From Octopus vulgaris (Eukaryota): 64,000 nt of DNA. The stretch spans positions 2,604,001 to 2,668,000 of the forward strand of contig OX597816.1 of NCBI GenBank assembly GCA_951406725.2, read 5' to 3'. A program made the translations under genes and the position numbers. The notes beneath the pieces were generated by a model, which did not search any database, was not told the DNA's origin, and saw only the letters and a program-made list of their open reading frames with translations. Within the stretch, counting starts at the first letter, position 1. The number at the start of each line of letters is the position of its first letter. Positions 56,001 through 64,000 of the stretch are shown piece by piece.

Positions 56001-59000
56001 TTATCTTCCAGGTTGTCTGAATTTTTTGAAATTATGCAAAGTAAATATTACAACTTTTGTCTCTTCCATTCAGTTCAGGTAAGTCGACACTGGGTTTTGT
56101 TTTTGTGTTTAAATGTTTGGCGGGGGGTGGGGGGTGGGGTGGGGTAAAAGCAAAATAAAAATAGCAACTACTTCATCATCATCATCATCACCATCATCAT
56201 TTAATGTTTGTTTTCCATGCTGTCGTGGTTTGGACGGTTTGTCAGGAACTGGCAAGACCAGGGGCCGTACCAGATTCCGTTGTCAGTTTTGGCATGGTTT
56301 CTACAGCTGGATGCCCTTCCTAATGCCAACCACTTTACAGAGTGTCCTGGGTGCCGTTTACATGGCACCAGCCTGGGAGACGTTTATTTGGTGCTGGCAC
56401 AGGCACTTCTTGCATGGCACCAGTCCCTGCTCATTGATGACTATTTGCTGCAGAAATTTATGTATGTGTGTGTGTGTGCACGCGTGCACATATTTATCTA
56501 TGTGTATGTATACACACACACACACATATATATATATATATCATAATATATATATCACACACACATAATATATATCTATGTGCGTGCACAAATATACATA
56601 TATGTGTGTGTGTGTTTGTGTGCATATATATATCTGTGTATGTGTGTATACTTATTTGTGTGTGCAGTGCCGGTGGCATGTAAAAGAACCATCTGAATGT
56701 GGCTGTTGCCAGTGCCGCCTTGACTGGCCTCAGTTCTGGTGGCACGTAAAAGCACCGACCGATCGTGGCCGTTGCCAGCCTTGTCTGGCACCTGTGCTGG
56801 TGGCATGTAAAAAGCACTCACTACACTCATGGAGTGGTTGGCGTTAGGAAGGGCATCCAGCTGTAGAAACATTGCCAGATCAGACTGGGCCTGGTGCAGC
56901 CTCCTGGCTTCCCAGATCCCCGGTCGAACTGTCCAACCCATGCTGGCATGGAAAGCGGACGTTAAACGATGATGATGATGATGATGATGTTGCATATTAA
57001 TTTGCGTGTGTGGGTGGCATGTGCACACGCTGATCCTTCTTTCGCTAATTAAGTACCATTTTTTATAAATCTTTTATTTAATCATTCAATCATTGTTCTC
57101 CTTGCCAGAGGAATCTTGTTGCACAAACTGGGGATCCTACGGGAAGTGGACGTGGTGGAGAGTCTATATTCCGGTAAGTATTTTCTATTCAATTCCTAAT
57201 ATGGTATAAAATACAAAAAAAAAAATAAAAAAAAGGAAATGTAGAATTTATTAGATATTGTTTGTGTTGTGAATGTCTCTCACTTGTGGAAGACGTGTTT
57301 AGTTATTGGTTGTCGGCCCATTGTTTGCAGTCAGTGCTCAAAGTTAGCTATATTCATGAAATAAATCAGTCTTTCCATTTTGTTTGTAAAAATGTTCTAT
57401 TACCAGTTGTTAGATAAAGCAACCGAGATCATCATCATCATCATCATCATCATCGTCATCATCATTATTGTATCTAAGTTTGCCATGTTTGCATGAGTCA
57501 AATGGAATTTGTTTCGGCAGATTTCCTGTAACCAGGGAAACCTCTCCTGTTCTCAAGCAGGCTAGTATAAGGTTGTCCCAAAAGTTCGTAGAAAGTCTTG
57601 GAAAATAATGGTCTTTATTTTGAGGAATAATTTTTGTTGTTTTTGTTAGTACTTGGCGAGTAAAAATTCAATTTTCGCAAGTGTTTACGAACTTTTGGGA
57701 CAACCTAATATTTCCCTGTCACTAGCCAAGTTTTCATGTAAGACTCGTAACAAGGGACACTGCTTGTATGGTGGTGATGCTTATTTACAACTATCACACA
57801 AAGCCAAGGCAAGGAGGTGCATGCACACGTGCACGTGCAGCAGGCTTCCTTCGGTATCCAGCTACCTGATCTGGTTGGGAAGTAGATTTCTTAACCACAG
57901 AATTTTGATGAGTTTATTTTGAATAACTAATATTTCTTTTAAATAAAGTTTTTTTTTAGTTTCTTTTGTGACTTCTCATCAAATCACTGTTTCTAATTAA
58001 AATGACAATATTCACTGAAATGGGGAAGTGGAGAATACTTAAAAAAAGGAACAGAACCATTTACTTTCATCATCATCATCATCATCGTTTAACGTCCGCT
58101 TTCCATGCTAGCATGGGTTGGACGGTTCAACTGGGGTCTGGGAAGCCCGAAGGCTGCACCAGGCCAGTCAGATGTGGCAGTGTTTCTACAGCTGGATGCC
58201 CTTCCTAACGCCAACCACTCCGAGAGTGTAGTGGGTGATTTTATGTGCCACCGACACAGGTGCCAGACGAGGCTGGCAGACGGCCACGCTCGGATGGTGT
58301 TTTTTATGTGCCACCGACACAGGTGCCAGACGAGGCTGGCAGATGGCCACGCTCGGATGGTGTTTTCTTATGTGTCACCGACACAGGTGCCAGACGAGGC
58401 TGGCGGACGGCCACGCTCGGATGGTGTTTGTTACGTGCCCTCAGCACGGAGGCCAGTCATTGCGGTACTGGCTACGGTCACGTTCGGATGGTTTTCTTAT
58501 GTGCCACCGGCACTGGTTTCCACAAGGATACAAATTCCATTGATGTTCATCTATTTTGATTTGGTTCGATTTGATTTGATACGATTCGATTCTCACTTGC
58601 CTCAACAGGTCTTCACAAGTGTCACAAGAAGGAAGGTATGCACAGGTGGACTGACTACGTCCCAGGTAGGGGCCACGGATTATGGCTTCACTAGTCTTGC
58701 CGGGTCTTCTCACGCACAGCATACTTCCATAGGTCTCGGTCTCTAGTCATTTCCATGGTGAGACCTAACGTCCGAAGGTCGTGCTTCACCACCTCGTCCC
58801 AGGTTTTCCTGGGTCTACCTCTTCCACGGGTTCCCTCAACTGCTAGGGATTGGCACTTTCTCACACACCTATCTTCATCCATTCTCGCCACATGACCATA
58901 CCAGCGCAATCGTCTCTCTTGCACACAACAACTGATGCTTCTTAGGTACAACATTTCTCTCAAGGTACTAACGCTCTGTCGAGTAAGTACACTGACATTA

Positions 59001-59711
59001 CACATCCATCGGAGCATACTGGCTTCGTTCCTCACGAGCTTACGCATGTCCTCAGCAGTCACGGCCCATGTTTCACTGCCATGTAGCATAGCTTTGTTAA
59101 TTGTAATTATCTTTTAGCATCTTTAATGATTTTTGTCAGCATCTTTATAAGCTGGATGCCCTTACTATCTCCAACCACTTTACAACATGAAGTGGGTTTA
59201 TTTTATCGTATCCCCAGCATAACAAGGGTTGTCTGTCAGGACTGATATATCCCTTCCACAAGCTCCTTATTCTCCAAGACTGGACTGGCTGCCTTCTCTT
59301 TAGTATATATATATATACATACATATATACATATATAAATATATGTACAGATCACCTTTCCTGTGTAAAAATAGTTTATAATAAACTGGATACATTTTAT
59401 CATGGCCCCAATGCGACAGGGGTTGCCTGACAAGACTAGTGTGTCCCCTTCACACTATATCAGTTTGTACTGTCTTAACAAAGGCTGCATTCTCTACAAT
59501 CTGTGATGTCCACATCTTCCTCGTGTAAGCTATCGATCACAACATAATATGTAATTATTTGATGTAATTTTTGTATGTTTTGTGATTTTTCAGGAAATTG
59601 TATGGAGACCAGGCCCAGTATTTTGAAATGGAACTTGTCCCAAAAATTAAACACAAGAAGAAAGGAACAGTATCAATGGTGAACAATGGCAATGATATGC
59701 ATGGTTCTCAG
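49958..59711 (+). CDS. PPIL4: Peptidyl-prolyl cis-trans isomerase-like 4 (cyclophilin-RRM), exons 1-4; gene continues past the window
   Basis: Exons 49958-50027, 56012-56078, 57109-57173 and 59594-59711 match the PPIL4 N-terminus (MAVLLET.LGD.VIDLY..ERP..CLNFLKLCK.KYYN..QTGDPTG.GRGGESIF..LYGDQA..HGSQ). Exon 2 lacks 1 nt. Confidence 0.93.
52175..52503 (+). mobile_element. CR1-clade LINE 3' fragment
   Basis: LRGHSEKLY...FFVQVADPWNKL..VK...FKVSLD is the typical CR1 ORF2 end, followed by a short UTR and a (TAAC)n tail. Confidence 0.8.
53088..53957 (+). mobile_element. 5'-truncated RTE LINE
   Basis: STLREKLDLRSIRCGVQERRLRWYGHVARMD..GRGR followed by the 3' UTR and (GAT)n tail. Confidence 0.88.
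55563..55715 (-). mobile_element. Ty3/gypsy integrase C-terminal fragment
   Basis: KPLLTAPYAGPFRFLSRTDKFFTIDLNGHKDTISVDRLK, a GPY/F module. Confidence 0.75.
56012..56078 (+). CDS. PPIL4: PPIL4 exon 2 (apparent 1-nt deletion)
   Basis: CLNFLKLCKV then a shift to KYYNFCLFHSVQ; acceptor ttccag, donor GTAAGT. Confidence 0.9.
57109..57173 (+). CDS. PPIL4: PPIL4 exon 3
   Basis: RNLVAQTGDPTGSGRGGESIF; ccag/GTAAGT flanks. Confidence 0.93.
57566..57710. mobile_element. Small mariner-type MITE (~145 bp)
   Basis: TIRs aggttgtcccaaaagttcgta / tacgaacttttgggacaacct with TA ends. Confidence 0.85.
58068..59090 (-). mobile_element. 5'-truncated RTE LINE
   Basis: MLHGSETW...RRLRWYGHVARMDEDR...RGRGRPRKTWDEVVKHDL is the RTE ORF2 C-terminus, contiguous with a 3' UTR containing ~63-bp tandem subrepeats and a (GAT)n tail. 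Confidence 0.92.
59594..59711 (+). CDS. PPIL4: PPIL4 exon 4
   Basis: KLYGDQAQYFEMELVPKIKHKKKGTVSMVNNGNDMHGSQ; ttcag/GTAAAT flanks. Confidence 0.93.
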
Positions 59712-60145
59712 GTAAATTTTTGTCTCAGACTTTATAAAATTTTTGTAAAGAAAAAATTCCTTTTATTTTTCGCCTTAAAATATTTGTCTCTGCATCATTC
59801 CCCGTTTACTTTTTTTCAAATTCTATTCATTTCATTCTGTTCAAGAGTGAATGGTCTGTAGCAGAATTGGTGAAATAACAGACAAGATGTCTTGCAGTTC
59901 TATGCATTTGCATTCTATATTTAAATTCTGCTGATGTCTTCTTTGCCTTTCATCCTTCCAGGTATTCATAAAATATATACCAGTAAAATAATGGGGTTGG
60001 TTAACTTGAATGCCTAAATCTCTAAAATTTATGACCTTGCTCCTGCATTACAAATTAGCATAACTAATTGAATCTGACCTCAGCAATTAATCATTAAGTT
60101 CAATTAAACCTGACTCAGAATCTGTTTTATAATTAAGCAATAGTT

Positions 60146-60373
60146 TTATTTACATTTGATGGATATTTGTCCTCATCTTGTTTGTTGTTAACACAACGTT
60201 TTGGCTGATATACTCTCCAGCCTCTCATTCAGGTGTCTTGGGGAAATTTCAAACCTGGGTTCTCATTCCTAAGGTATTTTTCAATGTTATTATTATTATT
60301 ATTCAGGTCACTACCTGGAACCGAATTCGGAATCTTGGGGTTAGTAGCCCTTGCTCTTAGCTACTACGCCATA
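60146..60373 (-). mobile_element. tRNA-headed element with a decayed hammerhead tail (same family as 21998-22482)
   Basis: Minus strand head TGGCGTAGTAGC..GAATTCGGTTCC (degenerate A/B boxes), (AAT)n linker, then GACAC-CTGAATGAG-AGGCTG..CAGCC-AAAA-CGTTGTGTT. Confidence 0.7.
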
Positions 60374-63251
60374 TACTCGTGGGCATATGGCGAAGTGGGT
60401 GTATTACCTCAAAAAGACTGTTTATAGTAAAAAGTAAGAGGATTATTGCCTCGTGTGTGTTTTGTTACTGAACTGTGTCTTAAGAGGTTTTATCGCCTCA
60501 TTGTGCTTAAAAAAGAAAAAAAGGACAATGTTTTAGAGAAGCGAGAGTCGGCAGGTGCTTTTCGTCTTCTCCCATCCTTATCATCCTTGCATCATCATCA
60601 TTCATCCCATTAATGTCTGTGTCCAACCCGCAAGCTTCTCTCTGTGTGCTGCCCTTGTGGCAAATTTAATAAAATATAGAAGCTTGCTTTCTAACCACAT
60701 GGTTCCAGGTTCAGTTCCACTGCGTGGCACCTTGAGCAAGTGTCTTCTACTGTAGCCTTGGGCTGACCAAAGGCTTGTGAGTGGATTTGGAAGATGGAAA
60801 CTGAAAGAAGCCTGTTGTGTGTATGTATATATATATATATATGTCCATTGCCAGCCTCGCCTGGCCCCCGTGCCGTTGGCACGTAAAAGCACCATCCGCT
60901 CGGGCCCGTTGCCAGCCTCGCCTGGCCCCCGTGCCGGTAGCATGTAAAAGCACCATCCATTTGTGTCCGTTGCCAGCCTCGCCTGGCCCCCGTGCCGGTG
61001 GCACGTAAAAACACAATCCGTGTTCGTGGCCATTTGCCAGCTCTGTCTGGCACCTGTGCAGGTGGCACGTAAAAGCACCCACTACACTCACGGAGTGGTT
61101 GGCGTTAGGAAGGGCATCCAGCCGTAGAAACACTGCCAGATCTGACTGGGCCTGATGAAGCCTTCCGGCTTCACAGACCCCAGTTGAACCGTCCAACCCA
61201 TGCTAGCATGGAAAACGGACGCTAAATGATGATGATGATGATATATATATATGTGTGTGTGTGTGTGTGTATATGTATATATTTGTGTGTTTGTGTCTGT
61301 TTGTCCCCCCACCATTGCTTGACAACTAATGTTGGTATGTTTACATCTCTGTAACTTAGTGGTTTGGCAAAAGAGACCAATAGAATAAGTACCAGGCTTA
61401 CAAAGAATAAGTCCAGGGGTTGATTTCTTCGACTGAAAGGAGGTGATCCAGCATGGCCACAGTCAAGATGACTGAAACAAGGAAAACAATAAAAAAAATA
61501 TGTGGCACGTAAGAAGCACCATCTGATTGTGGTCGATGCCAGCTCCTCTGGCCCCTGTGCCAGTGGCACGTAAAAAGCACCCACTACACTCTCGGAGTGG
61601 TTGGCATTAGGAAGGGCATCCAGCTGTAGAAACACTGCCAGATCAGATTGGGGGCTGGTGCAGCCTCCTGGCTTCACAGATCCCAGTTGAACTGTCCGAT
61701 CCATGCCAGCATGGAAAACAGACATCAAACGATGACAATGACTACACCTGATTTTCTCCCCTCCATACACACACAAGCATGTATGTGTTTGCTTCCCAGG
61801 CATTTGTACATTACTGCAGATGCTTTATATGCACTTTTGACAAGTTGTGGTGCACCTGAGCACTGTACGCAATAATTTCATTATTATTATCATGCGGGTG
61901 GCACGTAAAAAGCACTCACGGAGTGGTTGGCGTTAGGAAGGGCATCCAGCCGTAGAAACACTGCCAGATTTGACTGGGCCTGATGAAGCCTTCTGGCTTC
62001 ACAGACCCCAGTAGAACCGTCCAACCCATGCTAGCATGGGAAACGGACGCTAAACGACGATGATGATGATGATTATGATGATGATGATACATGTTATATT
62101 TTACATCTCATTTCAGATGTTTGTCTGTCTCTGTTTCGTTCATATTAGACATCAAAGCAACTTTAAATATACTTTAAAATACTACATTTAGACCACAGCA
62201 ATCTCATGCCAATAAATTATCACTATTGTTACATAGAGCTTTTATTGGTAGCCATGTTTAGCTGTCCAATGCATGGATTGACCAAAACTGTAATGGAACA
62301 TAAGTAATGGCACTTGTCTCTACTTGTGCCAGATGTCTCCTTAGCCATCATAGCTCAATGCTTTGCTTTACCATTTTTCGGTTGAAATCCTCTTCTTTTG
62401 TTTCAGTTAATTCTGAAAATAATGAAGAATTTAGCGAAATAACTTTGTCGTTATGAAGCAGGTTTTTGGAACCTAAATTAATGTGAACTTTTGGTGGAAG
62501 GTTTTACTTTGGAACACTTTAAAGGAAGACGTTTAAATCCACAGACGTAGGAGTGGTCTTATGTGGATTAGTATAAAAAGAATTAAATGGATTCGTATAT
62601 GCTATACTGCTATGTTCACAGTGTCAGGGGATGAATTATTCAGTCAAAGGAAGCTCTATTATGTCCTTTGACAAGGTTTACCTTCAATGTTGGTGTAGAA
62701 GATTGATGCTAAAATAGTCAAAAGAAAACCGTTTTTCTGTGAGTTCTTCGACACAGTCACCACTTTGACCGTTGTTATCTTCTATGGAATCTTTATCTAA
62801 TTCTACCAACATTAGCGTTGCTCTTTATGCTTGTTTTTCTCCACGGGCATCGGTCAAATAATCATACACGTACACGATAATATCATCATCATCATTTAGC
62901 ATCCGTTGTCCATGGGTTGGACAGTTTGACCAGGGCTGGGAAGCTGGAAGGCTGCACCTGACTCCAGTCTGATTTGGCATGATTTTCTATGGCTGGATGC
63001 CCTTCCTAATGCCAACCACTCTGAGAGTGTAATGGGTGCTTTTATGTGCCACCAGCATAGGTGCCAATTGTGTGACAGCAATATCTGCCACATCTGTGAT
63101 TTTGCTTGGCTTCATGAGTCTTCTACTCAAGCATGACATAATGCCAGTGGTCTTGGTCATTGTCTCTTGTGAGGCTGGACACTCGAAAGCAGCTCAACCA
63201 CTTTGCCTCTGTGAAGCCCAATGCTTGCAAAGTGCTTTTTACGTGACAGTA

Positions 63252-63285
<34 letters not shown>

Positions 63286-64000
63286 AAATCGAAATCGAAT
63301 TGAACCAATCCTATGACTGGCACCCGGCAGATGCCAGGACCCCTGGACTGGTGGTACGTAAAAAGCACTATCCGACTCGTGGCCGATGCCAGCGCCACCT
63401 TGACTGGCTTCCATGCCGGTGGCACGTAAATTGCACCAATCCAACCGTGGCCGTTGCCAGCCTCGCCTGGCACCTGTGCGGGTGGCACGTAAAAAGCACC
63501 CACTACACTCACGGAGTGGTTGGCGTTAGGAAGGGCATCCAGCTGTAGAAACATTGCCAGATAAGACTGGAGCCTGGTGCAGCCTTCTGGCTTCCCAGAT
63601 CCCCGGTCGAACCGTCCAACCCATGCCAGCATGGAAAGCGGATGCTAAACGATGATGATGATGATGATGATATATATATCATCATCATCATCATCATTGT
63701 TTAATGTCTGCTTTCCATGCTGGCATGGGTTGGACGGTTTGACTGAGGCCTGGTGAGCCAGAAGGCTGCACCAGTCATATATATATATATATATCATCAT
63801 CATCATCATCATCGTTTAACGTCCATTCTCCATGCTAGCACAGGTTGGACGGTTCGACCGGGGTCTGGGAAGCCAGGAGGCTGCACCAGGCTCCAGTCTG
63901 ATCTGGCAGTGTTTCTACAGCTGGATGCCCTTCCTAACGCCAACCACTCCGTGAGTGTAGTGGGTGCTTTTTACGTGCCACATATATATATATTGCTACA

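Noticed and set aside
61151-61180. CTGATGA + hairpin as another hammerhead
   Set aside because: No GAAA after the stem; it is a variant of the RTE tail (ctggtgcagcc in other copies).

Overview
AT-rich, repeat-dense eukaryotic (animal) genomic DNA. The SINE/RTE families and microsatellite style point to an octopod cephalopod (inference). Most ORFs in the supplied track are microsatellite or repeat artefacts. Four spliced genes can be rebuilt from GT/AG sites and intron phases: (1) the first coding exon of SF3A2 (minus, runs off the left edge); (2) an unrecognised 3-exon, 322-aa type I membrane protein (plus, 7769-20022) with signal peptide, one Ig-like domain, a TM helix and a motif-rich tail; (3) a complete 9-exon cytosolic thiolase ACAT2 (minus, 29679-46658, 392 aa); (4) the first four exons of PPIL4 (plus, from 49958), with a 1-nt frameshift in exon 2. 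The rest is mobile DNA: a full-length decayed mariner, many MITEs, RTE/CR1/gypsy fragments, tRNA-derived SINEs and two minisatellites. Highlights are the orphan Ig receptor, two repeat families carrying minimal hammerhead-ribozyme motifs (one fused to a tRNA-like head), a perfect 304-bp palindrome, and inverted repeats bracketing ACAT2 exons. No CRISPR, rRNA or intact tRNA genes were seen.
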